Assembly (NCBI GenBank): GCA_039189765.1
Contig: JBCCYL010000011.1
Span: 1-64,000, forward strand
From: Cyanobacteria bacterium P01_F01_bin.150
GTDB lineage: Bacteria; Cyanobacteriota; Cyanobacteriia; CAKZMO01
Reading direction: 5' to 3'
DNA length: 64,000 nucleotides
The position numbers and the translations under genes were made by a program. The notes under the pieces were generated by a model. That model had not been told where the DNA came from. It saw only the letters and a program-made list of their open reading frames with translations, and did no database searches. Every line of letters starts with the position of its first letter. Within the stretch, counting starts at the first letter, position 1. Positions 39,652-51,843 of this stretch are shown in pieces.

Positions 39652-39972
39652 TTACATATGAAGGATATCCCAGAGCAACAAAGCTGAGATCCCCAGTAGA
39701 ATCATTCCGGTGACCGTTTCCATGATTTCCTTTTTAACGTGATTAGACAGCCAGCGCCCCACAAAGATGCCTAGTAAAGTGGTAAACAGTAACGCCACTG
39801 CAGCACCTATAAAAACAATCCAGGGTGATTGAGACTCTGCACTTATGAGTAGAGTTGTAATCTGTGTTTTATCCCCTAACTCCGCTACAAATATAGTAAA
39901 GAAGGTGGTAAAAAACAGTCTAATACCAGCTTGAGATTCAGGATTAGGACTGGGAGTGGGATTCTCGGTCAA
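39652..39972 (-). CDS. TMEM165/GDT1 (UPF0016) half-transporter
   Basis: ELGDKTQ motif, 3 TM helices. Confidence 0.9.
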   Translation of the reverse strand: MTENPTPSPNPESQAGIRLFFTTFFTIFVAELGDKTQITTLLISAESQSPWIVFIGAAVALLFTTLLGIFVGRWLSNHVKKEIMETVTGMILLGISALLLWDILHM

Positions 39973-40097
39973 AGCAACTTAAGATCATATTAGGATAATA
40001 GTGATATTCTATCTTGGTCTCTGCGTATCCATTGCTTAGCAATGGAAATCTGAATGGAGGAGTTCCTAATTTTCTCTGTCATTATTTGTTTCTTGCT

Positions 40098-40979
40098 ATG
40101 GCTTCTTTTGCTGTGTTACCCCCTTGGATTGTCCTTGATCCACTTCTAGACCAATGGCTACGGGAAGATATCGGTCGGGGCGATCGCAGTGCCCAGAGTT
40201 TACTTGTGATTAATCCCGTTGACAGCACTCCTCAGCACATCGTTGATGCTAAGTGGATTGTAAAGCAAACAGGCATAATTGCTGGCTTACCAGTTGCGGC
40301 TCGAGTGTTTCAACGGCTGAATCCAAATGTCAAGTTTACGCCATTGGTAATGGATGGGGGCGAGTGTGAGGCTGGCACCACCATTGCTCGTCTTAAAGGA
40401 CCGGTGGACGCCGTGCTGACAGGAGAACGAGTTGCCTTAAACCTGGCGATGAGGTTAAGTGGAATTTCTACCGCTACTCGTCAATATGTGGACGCGCTTG
40501 CAGACCTAGCTGCTCAGTTTGTTGATACTCGCAAAACTACACCTGGATTACGTTTGCTAGAAAAATATGCAACGCAAGTTGGAGGTGCCAAGAATCATCG
40601 TCTGGGCTTGGATGATGCGATCATGCTAAAGGATAATCACTTGGCCATAGCTGGTGGAATTCAATCCGCCATTGAAAAAGTGCGTGATTGTGCTCCTTAT
40701 CCTCTGACTATCGAAGTAGAAACTGAAACCCTAGCGCAGGTTCAAGAAGCTGCTGAACAGGGTGCAGACATCATTATGTTGGACAATATGTCTCTTGAAC
40801 AAATGAAAGAAGCGGTCTCAATTATTCGGTCGGTGAATGATCGCATCAGAGTCGAGGCTTCGGGCAATATAACTTTGGACTCAATTTATACTATTGCTCA
40901 AACGGGTGTGGACTACATCTCTAGTAGTGCACCCATCACTCGCTCTTCATGGCTTGATTTGAGCATGAGAATTAGTTAA
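40098..40979 (+). CDS. nadC: Nicotinate-nucleotide pyrophosphorylase
   Basis: DTRKTTPG, HRLGLDD..MLKDNH, MLDNM, EASGNI. Confidence 0.95.
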   Translation: MASFAVLPPWIVLDPLLDQWLREDIGRGDRSAQSLLVINPVDSTPQHIVDAKWIVKQTGIIAGLPVAARVFQRLNPNVKFTPLVMDGGECEAGTTIARLKGPVDAVLTGERVALNLAMRLSGISTATRQYVDALADLAAQFVDTRKTTPGLRLLEKYATQVGGAKNHRLGLDDAIMLKDNHLAIAGGIQSAIEKVRDCAPYPLTIEVETETLAQVQEAAEQGADIIMLDNMSLEQMKEAVSIIRSVNDRIRVEASGNITLDSIYTIAQTGVDYISSSAPITRSSWLDLSMRIS

Positions 40980-41046
40980 GAACGTGCCTTAAGCTTTTCC
41001 AACTCACAACATAGACTGCCAACTCACCTATTGCTTCTAACACTTT

Positions 41047-41379
41047 TTAGGCCTCAAATATCTTTACCATCAAGACAAGGGCAAATATCCCTAATCCCGA
41101 GTAAACATAACCCAGACTCATTTGTACACGTTGTATGGACAAGCAGTTGCGTTTAGATTGGATAGAAAGAATTAGTCCCAGACTGGTAGTAGAGAGCGCA
41201 ACAATCAGACCAATTTTAATAGTTGTAAACCAATAAGGGACATTGGGATGATTAAGCTCATTGCCATAAGCAGAGGCTACAAATGCTATGGCTGCAACAG
41301 TCAGGAACCATGAAATTAAAGAAACAAACCAATTAAAGTCAGTGAGGTCGGTCTTTCTCATAGATCTAATAATTCCCAA
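41047..41379 (-). CDS. Hypothetical 3-TM membrane protein
   Basis: 110-aa hydrophobic ORF filling the gap; no family recognised. Confidence 0.45.
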   Translation of the reverse strand: MGIIRSMRKTDLTDFNWFVSLISWFLTVAAIAFVASAYGNELNHPNVPYWFTTIKIGLIVALSTTSLGLILSIQSKRNCLSIQRVQMSLGYVYSGLGIFALVLMVKIFEA

Positions 41380-41464
41380 GCAGTAGTTCTTAAAGTACTA
41401 AAAAACACATTGAAGAAAATCGGTGTTCCCCTCAATGCGTCTCGAAACTGTTCAGGATATTTCT

Positions 41465-41960
41465 TTACGCAGATAAACAATCAGTTAAGGGCTTCCAGGA
41501 AAAGACGCGATCGCCTCCCAACTCTACAATCACCTTGATGCGCGGCTCAATTGTAGGTAATTGAGCAAGAAACTCTAATTCCTGTTTGGATAGAATTACT
41601 CCCTCTAACAACCAAATTACTAGGCCCTTTGAAGAATCAGGCAGTAGTTCAAGCTGCTGAAGAGCGAGAGGCGGCACAAAATAGCGATAACCCACTGCTC
41701 CTTCACGCTCAACATTTTTTTTCCCTAAATGGGGAGGTCGTATACCATGGGTATCTAATAAATAAGCGGAGATATCACCTAGACCGCGCGCTGTGATGTG
41801 CAACATCCCATAACCAGCAGCCCTTAGTCGCCTTTGATATCTTCCCTCGTAACCGCCTTCTAGAGGTGTGTAAACTCCCAATGCACCGTTTTGCTCCAGC
41901 GCACGGGCAAAAGACTTACCAGTAATAACAAGTAATTTTAAACCTATTAAATCTACCACA
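41465..41960 (-). CDS. ndhN: NDH-1 subunit N (start codon uncertain)
   Basis: PLEGGYEGRYQRRLR, TARGLGD, HGIRPPHLGK. Confidence 0.9.
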
Positions 41961-42163
41961 TCCGTAATAGATTCTTTTTTAAGAGTAAACATCTCTATAA
42001 TCCGTTCCCAACAACAACTTATAAACAATACATAAACACTGATCAGCCTGGAATGTTACCATACTTTACATGTTTGCATTTTAAGGGCTAACGCCAGAAT
42101 CAGCGAATTTAAAGTTCTCCCAGATGTAGATTACGCTTACCAAGGAACTATCTAGAAAAAATA

Positions 42164-42192
42164 TGGACAAGTGCAGCTCTAAGAGCTAACAT
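42164..42192 (+). promoter_or_regulatory. Probable promoter of the rplC operon
   Basis: TGGACA-N17-TAACAT. Confidence 0.5.
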
Positions 42193-42200
42193 TGTAAATC

Positions 42201-42278
42201 GTGACTTTGATACCTCTTTATCAGTTACATGATAACTCCTTGCTTTCGCAAGCGGGAACTAAAGAGGCAGAAAATCAC
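42201..42278 (+). promoter_or_regulatory. Structured leader element upstream of rplC
   Basis: Nested pairings GTGACTTT/AAAATCAC, CCTCTTTA/TAAAGAGG and TTGC-TTTC-GCAA. Confidence 0.5.
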
Positions 42279-42727
42279 AACGCTTCTAAATCTCTAAGCT
42301 TAGTGAGGCTGTATGCCCCATGAGCATCTAGATAATGACAATCGGTATAAGATTACATCTAGTGAGTTTGAGTGCCGCAAATGATACTTGGAGGATGCTC
42401 TGGATGGTCAGCTTCCAAAGTCATGGCACAATTTTTAGATAATCGTAGGGGCGAAAGGTTGGCATTTTAGGTTGGGCAGTGGGGCATTGTTCCGTGCTGA
42501 TTCTTGCTGCATGTGGTCAAGCTTTATGGGGATCAGGGATCTTAGAGCATTTGAAAGCTCTATAGTCTCGGTGTTTTGTGCCTAATCCTGTTCTTACGAT
42601 TCTCGCACCGCTTTCGAAAGGCGGAAATGTGCGATTTGGATCGGTGCGTCAATGTGGTCTTAACTCATTGTATGTACTGCATTCTTTTTTAGTTAATGTC
42701 AGTCTTGAAATCACGAGGGGGATGCTT

Positions 42728-43360
42728 GTGTCAATAGGAATCTTGGGCACCAAGCTGGGTATGACGCAGATATTTGATGATAAGGGGCGGTCGGTTCCTG
42801 TTACCGTTGTCCAAGCAGGACCGTGCACTGTGACTCAAATCAAAACAGAAGAGACAGATGGTTACACTTCTGTTCAGATTGGGTATGGAGAGGTAACTGA
42901 AAAAGCATTGACCAAAGCTCAGCTTGGGCATCTCCAGAAGTCGGGATCATCTCCCGTTCGTCATTTACGCGAATACAGGACTAATGATGTTAGTGGCTAT
43001 GAACTAGGGCAGAAAGTTACGGTTGAGAGCTTTGAGCCGGGCCAAGTAATAGACGTAGTCGGTCGTAGTATTGGGCGAGGATTTGCAGGGTATCAGAAGC
43101 GCCACAATTTTAAACGCGGTCCTATGAGTCATGGTTCTAAAAATCATCGGTTGCCAGGTTCTACGGGTGCAGGTACAACGCCAGGGCGGATTTATCCAGG
43201 GAAGCGGATGGCAGGTCAGATGGGTGATGTTCGCGTGACTGTTCGTAAGTTGAAGGTCGTGCAGATTGATGCCGAAAGAAATCTTTTGCTAGTGAAAGGT
43301 TCAGTGCCTGGAAAATCTGGTGCGTTCTTGGATATCCGACCAACAAAGACTTGGAACTAG
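42728..43360 (+). CDS. rplC: 50S ribosomal protein L3
   Basis: [21 protein letters not shown]. Confidence 0.97.
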   Translation: MSIGILGTKLGMTQIFDDKGRSVPVTVVQAGPCTVTQIKTEETDGYTSVQIGYGEVTEKALTKAQLGHLQKSGSSPVRHLREYRTNDVSGYELGQKVTVESFEPGQVIDVVGRSIGRGFAGYQKRHNFKRGPMSHGSKNHRLPGSTGAGTTPGRIYPGKRMAGQMGDVRVTVRKLKVVQIDAERNLLLVKGSVPGKSGAFLDIRPTKTWN

Positions 43361-43410
43361 TTTGAATCATTCGTTAAGCGTAGTTATTGGTTGAAGACGA
43401 GGAAACAGAT

Positions 43411-44043
43411 ATGTCCAGCTGTGTTGTTCGGAATTGGCAAGGAGAAGAAGTTGGGCAAGAGAGCTTGGAGCTTAAGCAGGCTAGTGAAAGCACTGCTGCC
43501 CATATTGTTCACCGTGCGCTAGTTAGACAAATGAATAATAGCCGTCAAGGTACGGCATCGACCAAGACTCGTGCCGAAGTGCGAGGCGGTGGACGCAAAC
43601 CCTGGCGTCAGAAAGGAACCGGTAGAGCTAGAGCGGGTTCATCTCGCTCTCCCCTGTGGAAAGGTGGTGGTGTCATTTTTGGCCCAAAGCCGAGAAGTTA
43701 TGCGGTCAAGATGAACAAGAAAGAGCGTCGGCTTGCTCTTTCTACTGCGTTTCAAAGCCGAATTGATGATCTAATCATTGTTGAGGAATTCGCTGATAAC
43801 ATTCCTAGACCCAAGACTAAAGAGTTGCTATCTGCTCTCGGGCGCTGGGGTGTTGCATCTGAGGAAAAAGTTTTACTAATTACCAATGAAAAAGCAGAGA
43901 ATGTTTATCTTTCTGCTCGCAACATTGAAAAGGTGAAGCTTATCTCATCCAGCAACCTGAATGTATTTGATATTCTTCACGCTGACAAAATTGTTGTGAC
44001 CAATTCAGCAATTAGCCATATCAAGGAGACCTTCAATGACTAA
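43411..44043 (+). CDS. rplD: 50S ribosomal protein L4
   Basis: [15 protein letters not shown]. Confidence 0.97.
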   Translation: MSSCVVRNWQGEEVGQESLELKQASESTAAHIVHRALVRQMNNSRQGTASTKTRAEVRGGGRKPWRQKGTGRARAGSSRSPLWKGGGVIFGPKPRSYAVKMNKKERRLALSTAFQSRIDDLIIVEEFADNIPRPKTKELLSALGRWGVASEEKVLLITNEKAENVYLSARNIEKVKLISSSNLNVFDILHADKIVVTNSAISHIKETFND

Positions 44044-44338
44044 ATTTGCATCCCGTGACTTGCCGGACCTATTGCGTCGCCCGTTGGTGACTGAGAAGGC
44101 AACAGTCCTGCTAGAAGAGAACAAATATGTTTTTGAAGTTGATCCGCGAGCTACTAAGACTCAAATAAGGGATGCTGTTGAAGAGTTGTTTGATGTTAAG
44201 GTCATCAAAGTGAATACTCTCAATAATGCCCCAAAGAAGAAGCGTGTCGGCAAATTTGTAGGTTACAAAGCCCGATATAAGAAGGCTATTGTGACCTTGG
44301 CACCCGATGATTCTATTACTTTATTCCCTGATTTATAG
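44036..44338 (+). CDS. rplW: 50S ribosomal protein L23
   Basis: [16 protein letters not shown]. Confidence 0.97.
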   Translation: MTKFASRDLPDLLRRPLVTEKATVLLEENKYVFEVDPRATKTQIRDAVEELFDVKVIKVNTLNNAPKKKRVGKFVGYKARYKKAIVTLAPDDSITLFPDL

Positions 44339-44463
44339 GGACTCTAAAACTCTCATAGAAGGCGGTTTGAGACTGCCTCTTTAGCTGAAGGGAGCTTTAA
44401 TATTTGGCCCCGGATGCAAGACTCTTATTTTGACCTTAACTGATACAACTCGCTGTTTTAACT

Positions 44464-45327
44464 ATGGGTATTCGCTCGTACCGACCATATACACCAAGTA
44501 CTCGGGAAAGGGTAGTTTCTGATTACTCAGAAATCACTCGCAGTAAGCCTGAAAAGTCCCTAACTCAGTACAAACATCGCAAAAAGGGCCGCAATAACCG
44601 TGGCGTTATTACTTGTCGGCACCGTGGTGGTGGACATAAAAAGCTCTACAGGATCATTGACTTTAAACGAGACAAGCGCGACATTTCGGCGACTGTTGAA
44701 TCAATCGAGTACGATCCCAATCGGAGTTGTAGAATTTCTCTGGTTCAATACGAGGACGGAGAAAAACGCTACATTTTGACTCCAGTGGGATTAGATGTGG
44801 GTACCAGCATCATTGCTGGTGCTGAAGTGCCTTTCGAAGTTGGCAATGCGATGCCATTGGGCAATATGCCTCTGGGTACTTCAGTTCACAACGTTGAGCT
44901 ATTCCCTGGAAAAGGTGGACAGATTGTCAGGGCCGCAGGGACTTCAGCGCAATTGGTTGCTAAAGAGGGGAATTTTGTGACTCTTAAGCTTCCATCTAGC
45001 GAAGTACGAATGGTTCGAAAAGAGTGTTACGCGACTATCGGCCAGGTTGGCAATGCTGAGAAGCGTAATACAAGTTTGGGTAAGGCCGGACGTAAGCGTT
45101 GGTTAGGTCGTCGTCCCCAGGTTCGTGGAAGTGTGATGAATCCATGTGATCACCCGCATGGTGGTGGAGAGGGTCGAGCACCCATTGGCCGTAGTGGACC
45201 TGTTACTCCTTGGGGGAAACCTGCATTGGGGAAGAAAACAAGGAAGAAAGGGAAAAGCAGTGATTCTTTGATTGTGAGACGTAGGCGTAAGTCGTCGAAG
45301 CGAGGTCGTGGAGGACGCAACGCATAG
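44464..45327 (+). CDS. rplB: 50S ribosomal protein L2
   Basis: [19 protein letters not shown]. Confidence 0.98.
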   Translation: MGIRSYRPYTPSTRERVVSDYSEITRSKPEKSLTQYKHRKKGRNNRGVITCRHRGGGHKKLYRIIDFKRDKRDISATVESIEYDPNRSCRISLVQYEDGEKRYILTPVGLDVGTSIIAGAEVPFEVGNAMPLGNMPLGTSVHNVELFPGKGGQIVRAAGTSAQLVAKEGNFVTLKLPSSEVRMVRKECYATIGQVGNAEKRNTSLGKAGRKRWLGRRPQVRGSVMNPCDHPHGGGEGRAPIGRSGPVTPWGKPALGKKTRKKGKSSDSLIVRRRRKSSKRGRGGRNA

Positions 45328-45392
45328 TTTTTCAGCTCGATTTTTTCTTTTTTGTTCGAAGTATGCGGTGTTTTATCTAAGGGAGATAGTCT

Positions 45393-45671
45393 ATGGCTCG
45401 TTCGTTGAAGAAAGGTCCGTTTATTGCAGACCACTTACTCAGTAAGATTGAGGTTTTGAATGAGAAGCAAGAGAAGCAGGTGATTAAGACATGGTCTCGA
45501 GCTTCCACTATCCTGCCTCAAATGATTGGTCACACCATCGCTGTGCATAATGGTCGTCAGCATGTGCCTGTATTCATTACAGAGCAAATGGTAGGTCATA
45601 AGCTGGGTGAATTTGCACCAACACGCACGTTTCGAGGACATGCGAAAAGCGATAAGAAAGCACGTCGTTAA
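45393..45671 (+). CDS. rpsS: 30S ribosomal protein S19
   Basis: [19 protein letters not shown]. Confidence 0.98.
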   Translation: MARSLKKGPFIADHLLSKIEVLNEKQEKQVIKTWSRASTILPQMIGHTIAVHNGRQHVPVFITEQMVGHKLGEFAPTRTFRGHAKSDKKARR

Positions 45672-45739
45672 TCTTCTGACGACGAAATGTGTTTGCAGTG
45701 AATGTGAAAAGCTAGGCTAACAGGATTTAGGAGAGGTCG

Positions 45740-46102
45740 ATGGCTGTAGAAGCTGAAAACCAAGTTAAGGCGGTTGCCCGCTACATTAGAATGTCGCCGC
45801 ACAAAGTGCGTCGGGTGCTCGATCAAATAAGAGGTCGTTCTTATCGTGAAGCATTAATTATTTTAGAGTTTATGCCCTACCGTTCTTGTGAACCGGTTCT
45901 CAAGGTGTTACGATCTGCTGCTGCTAATGCAGAACACAATGAAGGATATGAGCGTTCTAGTTTGATTATTACGGAGGCACGTGCAGATCAAGGCCCGTCT
46001 CTACGCCGTTATCGACCGCGAGCGCAAGGACGGGCTTATATGATTCGCAAACCTACGTGCCATATTACTGTTGCTGTGGCCCCTGATTTTGATGAGGACT
46101 AG
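45740..46102 (+). CDS. rplV: 50S ribosomal protein L22
   Basis: [15 protein letters not shown]. Confidence 0.97.
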   Translation: MAVEAENQVKAVARYIRMSPHKVRRVLDQIRGRSYREALIILEFMPYRSCEPVLKVLRSAAANAEHNEGYERSSLIITEARADQGPSLRRYRPRAQGRAYMIRKPTCHITVAVAPDFDED

Positions 46103-46157
46103 CAGCGGAATGTTGTACATACTAATTTTTATTCTGTTTAAAGCATAAGGAGCAGTT

Positions 46158-46889
46158 GTGGGGCAGAAAATTCATCCAATCGGGTTTCGCTTGGGCATTA
46201 CTCAAGAACATCGCTCACAGTGGTTTGCCGATTTTAAGCGCTATCCTGATTTACTCCAAGAGGACTACATTATTCGTGAGTATGTGACGAAGACTCTGAA
46301 TAATGCAGGTATTTCGAAGGTTCGCATTGAACGAAAAGCTGACCAGATTGACTTAGAGATTTATACCGCGAGACCTGGAGTGGTTGTCGGTCGTGGTGGT
46401 GCAGGTATTGAATCTCTGCGTACAGGATTACAAAAGTCACTAAAGGACAGCAGTCGTCAAATTCGTATCAATGTAGTTGAGGTTGCCAGGGTTGATGCCG
46501 ATGCAGAGTTAATTGCTGAGTATGTTGTTCAACAGCTAGAGCGTCGTGTTTCGTTCCGTAGAGTTGTTAGACAAGCAATTCAAAGAGCGCAAAGGGCCGG
46601 GGTAGAAGGCATCAAAATCCAGGTTAGTGGTCGTCTGAATGGTGCTGAAATTGCTAGGACGGAATACACTCGCGAAGGGAAAGTTCCTCTCCATACGCTC
46701 AGAGCTGATATTGAGTATTCCTACAGAACTGCACAGACTATTTATGGAGTTCTTGGAATTAAGGTGTGGATATTCAAGGGTGAGATTGTTCCTGGACAAG
46801 AGGATACAGCTGCTTCCAATGTTCAGCCTCGACGACGGCAGCAGCAGCGTCGTCGCCAACAATTTGAAGATCGTTCCAGCGATAACTAG
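46158..46889 (+). CDS. rpsC: 30S ribosomal protein S3
   Basis: [22 protein letters not shown]. Confidence 0.98.
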   Translation: MGQKIHPIGFRLGITQEHRSQWFADFKRYPDLLQEDYIIREYVTKTLNNAGISKVRIERKADQIDLEIYTARPGVVVGRGGAGIESLRTGLQKSLKDSSRQIRINVVEVARVDADAELIAEYVVQQLERRVSFRRVVRQAIQRAQRAGVEGIKIQVSGRLNGAEIARTEYTREGKVPLHTLRADIEYSYRTAQTIYGVLGIKVWIFKGEIVPGQEDTAASNVQPRRRQQQRRRQQFEDRSSDN

Positions 46890-46948
46890 TTCGCTGGATT
46901 GGTCCTCATAGTCAAAATGAAACGCTACTGCCGTAAAGGTTGTCTATT

Positions 46949-47368
46949 ATGTTAAGTCCAAGAAGAACAAAATTTAGAAAGCAGCAAAGGGGTCGAATGC
47001 GGGGCATGGCAACCCGTGGCAACACCATTAATTTTGGTGATTTTGCTTTGCAGGCATTGGAACCGTCCTGGATTACGTCTCGCCAAATTGAGGCTAGTCG
47101 TCGTGCAATGACTCGATATGTCCGAAGAGGGGGCAAAATCTGGATTCGAATTTTTCCAGACAAGCCTGTAACGATGCGAGCTGCTGAGACTCGGATGGGT
47201 TCAGGTAAAGGAAATCCTGAGTTTTGGGTTGCAGTTGTTAAGCCCGGTCGTATCCTCTTTGAAATGGAAGGTGTTGCAGAACCCGTAGCCCGTGAAGCAA
47301 TGAGACTTGCGTCCCACAAGCTACCCATTAAAACTAAGTTTTTGGTTCGAGACACTAAGGAGGAATAA
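46949..47368 (+). CDS. rplP: 50S ribosomal protein L16
   Basis: [18 protein letters not shown]. Confidence 0.98.
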   Translation: MLSPRRTKFRKQQRGRMRGMATRGNTINFGDFALQALEPSWITSRQIEASRRAMTRYVRRGGKIWIRIFPDKPVTMRAAETRMGSGKGNPEFWVAVVKPGRILFEMEGVAEPVAREAMRLASHKLPIKTKFLVRDTKEE

Positions 47369-47370
47369 TC

Positions 47371-47640
47371 ATGGCACTTCCTAAAATTGAAGATGTTCGC
47401 TCCCTCAGCAATGACGAGCTGAAAGAGCAAATCATTGCTACAAAGAAGCAGTTATTTCAATTACGGTTTCAGAAAGCAACTCGTCAGTTAGAAAAGACGC
47501 ATGAGTTTAAACACGAGCGGCATCGGCTTGCGCAACTTATGACTGTTGAGCGAGAACGAGCGATAGCTGCAGAATCAAGTGATGATGCTCAAGGTTCTGT
47601 ATCCAGTCAAGAAGTGGGGGAGAAGGCAGATGGCAACTAA
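47371..47640 (+). CDS. rpmC: 50S ribosomal protein L29
   Basis: [10 protein letters not shown]; operon position. Confidence 0.95.
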   Translation: MALPKIEDVRSLSNDELKEQIIATKKQLFQLRFQKATRQLEKTHEFKHERHRLAQLMTVERERAIAAESSDDAQGSVSSQEVGEKADGN

Positions 47641-47875
47641 GGAGCGTGTCGGACTAGTTATCAGTGACAAGATGAATAAGACGGTGGTGGTAGCTGTAGA
47701 AAATCGCTCTCCTCACTCTAAGTATAAGAAGATTGTAGTCCGGACGAAGCACTATAAAGTTCATGATGAAGAGAACACCTGCAAGGTGGGCGATCGCGTC
47801 CGCATTCAGGAAACGCGTCCTCTCAGTAAGACAAAGCGATGGAAAGTCATCGATATCATGAGTTCAGCAACATAG
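47630..47875 (+). CDS. rpsQ: 30S ribosomal protein S17
   Basis: [21 protein letters not shown]. Confidence 0.97.
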   Translation: MATKERVGLVISDKMNKTVVVAVENRSPHSKYKKIVVRTKHYKVHDEENTCKVGDRVRIQETRPLSKTKRWKVIDIMSSAT

Positions 47876-47959
47876 GATTTATCGGTTGACCAATAGTATT
47901 CTATGGCAGCCGCTTGATTATCACTTTAAAGGCAAGTTTAAGAGAGTGAGAGGATAGTC

Positions 47960-48325
47960 GTGATACAGCAGGAATCATATCTAAATGTTGCGGATAATAG
48001 CGGAGCACGTAAATTAATGTGTATTCGCGTTTTGGGCGGTAACCGTCGTTATGCAGGTATTGGTGACGTAATTGTAGCTGTCGTTAAAGACGCTCTACCT
48101 AATATGGCCATCAAGAAATCTGACATTGTTCGAGCCGTCATTGTCCGAACCAAGAAAGGCTTGAGGCGAGAAAGTGGCATGAGCATTCGTTTTGATGATA
48201 ACGCAGCTGTCATCATTTCAACTGATGGTAACCCGAGGGGAACACGAGTTTTTGGGCCAGTTGCTCGTGAGTTACGGGATAAAAACTTTACGAAGATTGT
48301 ATCTTTAGCACCGGAGGTTCTTTGA
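47960..48325 (+). CDS. rplN: 50S ribosomal protein L14
   Basis: [21 protein letters not shown]. Confidence 0.98.
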   Translation: MIQQESYLNVADNSGARKLMCIRVLGGNRRYAGIGDVIVAVVKDALPNMAIKKSDIVRAVIVRTKKGLRRESGMSIRFDDNAAVIISTDGNPRGTRVFGPVARELRDKNFTKIVSLAPEVL

Positions 48326-48678
48326 TGGCTAAAAAGAAGCAGACCAAAGCAAAGCAAGCATTTAAGATGCATGTCAAGCGTGGGGATACTGTACAAGTCA
48401 TCTCTGGAAGTGAAAAGGGCAAAGTCGGCGAGATTGTTAGGGTTTTACCGAAGCAAAGTAAGGTCGTTGTTGAGGGAGTCAACGTTAAAACCAAGCATGT
48501 AAAACCCCAACAGGAGGGTGAATCAGGTCAGATCTCTACCTTTGATGCACCCATTCATAGCTCTAACGTCATGCTTTATTCGACGAAAGAGAAGGTTGCA
48601 AGTCGAGTTTGCTATACCTACGACGATGATGGTCGAAAAGTAAGAATGCTTAAGAAGACGGGTGAAGTAATTGATTGA
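48325..48678 (+). CDS. rplX: 50S ribosomal protein L24
   Basis: [16 protein letters not shown]. Confidence 0.97.
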   Translation: MAKKKQTKAKQAFKMHVKRGDTVQVISGSEKGKVGEIVRVLPKQSKVVVEGVNVKTKHVKPQQEGESGQISTFDAPIHSSNVMLYSTKEKVASRVCYTYDDDGRKVRMLKKTGEVID

Positions 48679-48757
48679 CTGAGTTTTATAGTCAGCTTGC
48701 AACTACTTTTTTCCCAATAGATTACTGTCCTGACCAAGACCAGGAAAATATAGGATT

Positions 48758-49309
48758 ATGGCAACAACACAAAGGCTTAAAACGCTCTACAGCGAAAAAA
48801 TTGTTCCGAAGCTTACGGAGCAGTTCAATTATGAAAACCCACATCGAGTCCCTAAAGTCGTCAAGGTGACGGTTAATAGAGGGCTTGGAGAGGCGGCACA
48901 GAATGCCAAGGCACTAGAAGCGTCACTAGAAGAACTAGCTGTTATAACTGGCCAAAAGCCTGTTGTAACTCGGGCACGGAAAGCAATTGCAGGGTTTAAA
49001 ATTCGGAAGGGTATGCCTGTCGGAATCATGGTGACTCTCCGTTCAGAGCGCATGTATGCCTTCTTAGATCGATTAATTAATTTGGCACTGCCACGTATTC
49101 GTGATTTTAGAGGTGTGAGTCCTAATAGTTTTGATGGACGGGGAAATTACACCCTTGGAGTAAGAGAGCAGCTAATTTTTCCAGAAGTTAATTACGACAG
49201 TATTGATCAAATTAGAGGAATGGATATTTCGGTCATTACGACTGCTAATACTGATGAAGAAGGTCGTGCTCTCCTTCGGGAAATGGGTATGCCTTTTCGG
49301 GATAACTGA
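48758..49309 (+). CDS. rplE: 50S ribosomal protein L5
   Basis: [16 protein letters not shown]. Confidence 0.98.
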   Translation: MATTQRLKTLYSEKIVPKLTEQFNYENPHRVPKVVKVTVNRGLGEAAQNAKALEASLEELAVITGQKPVVTRARKAIAGFKIRKGMPVGIMVTLRSERMYAFLDRLINLALPRIRDFRGVSPNSFDGRGNYTLGVREQLIFPEVNYDSIDQIRGMDISVITTANTDEEGRALLREMGMPFRDN

Positions 49310-49332
49310 TGGAGTTTCATTGAGAGGAAGCT

Positions 49333-49734
49333 ATGGCGTCTAACGACACAATTGCAGATATGCTCACGCGGATTCGAAACGCAAGTTTAGCTCGACATCA
49401 ATTCGCTGAAGTACCATCAACAAAGATGACTAGAAGCATTGCAAAAGTCCTGAAGGAAGAGGGTTTTATCGATGAATTCTCTGATAGTGGAGAAGGGATT
49501 AAACGCATATTGACTATTTCCCTGAAGTATCAGGGTAAAACTCGTCAGCCGATTATTCGGAAGCTGAGACGAATTAGTAAGCCTGGGTTAAGGGTTTATT
49601 CGAATCGTCGTAATCTGCCAAAGGTTTTGGGAGGTATTGGCATTGCCATCATTTCCACATCGCGGGGGATTATGACCGATAGAGAAGCGCGTCGTCAAGG
49701 TGTAGGTGGAGAAGTTCTCTGTTACGTTTGGTAG
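49333..49734 (+). CDS. rpsH: 30S ribosomal protein S8
   Basis: [17 protein letters not shown]. Confidence 0.98.
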   Translation: MASNDTIADMLTRIRNASLARHQFAEVPSTKMTRSIAKVLKEEGFIDEFSDSGEGIKRILTISLKYQGKTRQPIIRKLRRISKPGLRVYSNRRNLPKVLGGIGIAIISTSRGIMTDREARRQGVGGEVLCYVW

Positions 49735-49819
49735 CCCCTGTGCTGAAAGGGTGTTGCTATAAATTTGAATCAGACAGCGAAGTTGATTGTTTAGTTAGGC
49801 TTGTTGGGGAGACTATTCG

Positions 49820-50359
49820 ATGTCCCGCATTGGAAAAAAAACGATTCCCATCCCTCAGAAGGTGAATGTTGTTATTGATGGTTCATCTGTTTCTGTTAAG
49901 GGACCCAAGGGAGAGCTATCTCGCACCATGCCACAAGGTGTAGATATTGCTGAGGATAATGGTTCAGTTGTGGTTACTCGCTCTAACGAATCTTTAACCT
50001 CTCGGCAGCGTCATGGACTCTGTCGTACCTTGATTGCCAACATGATTGATGGTGTTTCCAAAGGTTTTGAAAAGAGGCTAGAAATTCAAGGAGTTGGTTA
50101 TCGAGCCCAGGTCAAGGGAAAAGATTTGATCTTAAACGTTGGTTATAGCAATCCTGTACAGATTGCGCCGCCCGAAGGCATTAAATTAGCGGTAGAGGCG
50201 AATACTAACGTTATTGTTAGTGGCATTGACAAAGAGATTGTTGGGAATGTTGCTGCTACTATTCGAGCTGTTCGGCCACCTGAACCTTACAAGGGGAAAG
50301 GTATCCGCTATGCGGGCGAAATGATTAGGCGTAAAGCTGGAAAAGCAGGGAAGAAGTAA
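49820..50359 (+). CDS. rplF: 50S ribosomal protein L6
   Basis: [17 protein letters not shown]. Confidence 0.98.
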   Translation: MSRIGKKTIPIPQKVNVVIDGSSVSVKGPKGELSRTMPQGVDIAEDNGSVVVTRSNESLTSRQRHGLCRTLIANMIDGVSKGFEKRLEIQGVGYRAQVKGKDLILNVGYSNPVQIAPPEGIKLAVEANTNVIVSGIDKEIVGNVAATIRAVRPPEPYKGKGIRYAGEMIRRKAGKAGKK

Positions 50360-50362
50360 GTT

Positions 50363-50725
50363 ATGAAGCCAAGTCGTAAGTTATCTACTCAAAGAAGGCA
50401 TGCACGCATCCGTCGCAAGGTCTTTGGCACGGCTGAGCGTCCTAGGCTGGCTGTATTTCGATCCAACAATCATATTTATGCCCAGCTTATTGATGATACC
50501 CAGCATCGAACCCTAGCGTCAGCATCGACATTGGATGCTGACCTCAAAGAGAAAATTGATCATGGTAGAAACTGTGAAGCCTCAGCTAAAGTTGGAACCT
50601 TACTTGCAGAGCGTTCTGTTGCTAAAGGTATTCAGTCTGTTGTTTTTGACAGAGGTGGAAAGCTATATCACGGTCGGGTTAAAGCGTTAGCGGAAGCTGC
50701 CCGTGAAGGTGGTTTACAGTTCTAA
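50363..50725 (+). CDS. rplR: 50S ribosomal protein L18
   Basis: [20 protein letters not shown]. Confidence 0.98.
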   Translation: MKPSRKLSTQRRHARIRRKVFGTAERPRLAVFRSNNHIYAQLIDDTQHRTLASASTLDADLKEKIDHGRNCEASAKVGTLLAERSVAKGIQSVVFDRGGKLYHGRVKALAEAAREGGLQF

Positions 50726-50826
50726 CCTAGTTTTGAACTTAATGTATTAGTTCTTGTTTAATGTAGCCATGAGTTAGTTTCTAGACTGTAAGTACATTTC
50801 ACTCATTGAAAAAGGATTGAGGGTTT

Positions 50827-51348
50827 ATGGCAAATCGGCGTAAAAACAACAAGGCGAAGGAAAAAGATAGCGATTGGCAAGAACGGGTCGTACAAATTCG
50901 CCGGGTTACCAAGGTAGTGAAAGGTGGAAAAACGCTTAGCTTTCGCGCTGTTGTTGTGATTGGAAATGAGCGTGGCCAAGTGGGCGTAGGTGTTGGTAAG
51001 GCCAGCGATGTGATTGGAGCTGTTAAAAAGGGTGTAGCTGATGCCAAAAAGCATTTAGTTACAGTACCTCTTTCAAAAGCAAATTCTATTCCCCATCCTA
51101 TCAATGGTGTGAGTGGAGGGGCAAAGGTTATGATGCGCCCTGCTGGTCCTGGAACAGGGGTAATTGCAGGGGGAGCTGTTCGGACAGTCTTGGAACTGGC
51201 AGGAGTTAAAAACATCCTTGCTAAGCAACTTGGCTCTGGGAATCAGCTTAATAACGCGAGAGCTGCAGCGATCGCCCTCGAGAATTTGCGAACATTTGAA
51301 GACGTTGCCAAGGAAAGAGGGATTGATTTAGAGCATCTATATGGATAA
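50827..51348 (+). CDS. rpsE: 30S ribosomal protein S5
   Basis: [17 protein letters not shown]. Confidence 0.98.
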   Translation: MANRRKNNKAKEKDSDWQERVVQIRRVTKVVKGGKTLSFRAVVVIGNERGQVGVGVGKASDVIGAVKKGVADAKKHLVTVPLSKANSIPHPINGVSGGAKVMMRPAGPGTGVIAGGAVRTVLELAGVKNILAKQLGSGNQLNNARAAAIALENLRTFEDVAKERGIDLEHLYG

Positions 51349-51399
51349 TCTTAGGCAAAGCCATATTTATGCAAATGATTTTTATTGAGGGTAACCATT

Positions 51400-51843
51400 A
51401 TGAGAATTAAAGATGCTTTACCTCAGAAGGGTTCTAAGAGAAAAGCTCGTAGAATTGGTCGAGGAATTGCAGCAGGGCAAGGTGCTAGTGGTGGGTTTGG
51501 CATGAGAGGGCAAAAGTCCCGCTCTGGTAGGGGAACACGTGCTGGTTTTGAAGGAGGACAGCTTCCTTTGTACCGTCGTATTCCTAAGTTAAAGCACTTT
51601 ACTTTAATTAATCCCACTCATTACACCGTGGTCAATGTTTCGAAACTTAGTGAACTCGAGCCTGGCAGTGAGGTGTCTATGGAAACCCTGTTGGCAGCAG
51701 GTATATTGACTGCGAATGACGGTCCTTTAAAAATATTGGGCAATGGTGACTTGAATGTTAGCCTCAACGTTAAGGCTGCTGCGTTTACGGCCTCTGCCAA
51801 AGGGAAGATTGAAGCTGCCGGTGGCACTTGTGAAATTACTTAG
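51400..51843 (+). CDS. rplO: 50S ribosomal protein L15
   Basis: GQKSRSG, GFEGGQ.PLYRR.PK. Confidence 0.97.
   Translation: MRIKDALPQKGSKRKARRIGRGIAAGQGASGGFGMRGQKSRSGRGTRAGFEGGQLPLYRRIPKLKHFTLINPTHYTVVNVSKLSELEPGSEVSMETLLAAGILTANDGPLKILGNGDLNVSLNVKAAAFTASAKGKIEAAGGTCEIT

Noticed and set aside
42578..42727. N-terminal extensions in the ORF track for rplC (also rpsQ, rpmE, secY, nadC, prfA)
   Set aside because: Artefacts of longest-ORF calling; conserved starts lie downstream
42728..51843. Absence of rpsJ, rpsN and rpmD from the cluster
   Set aside because: Normal for cyanobacteria
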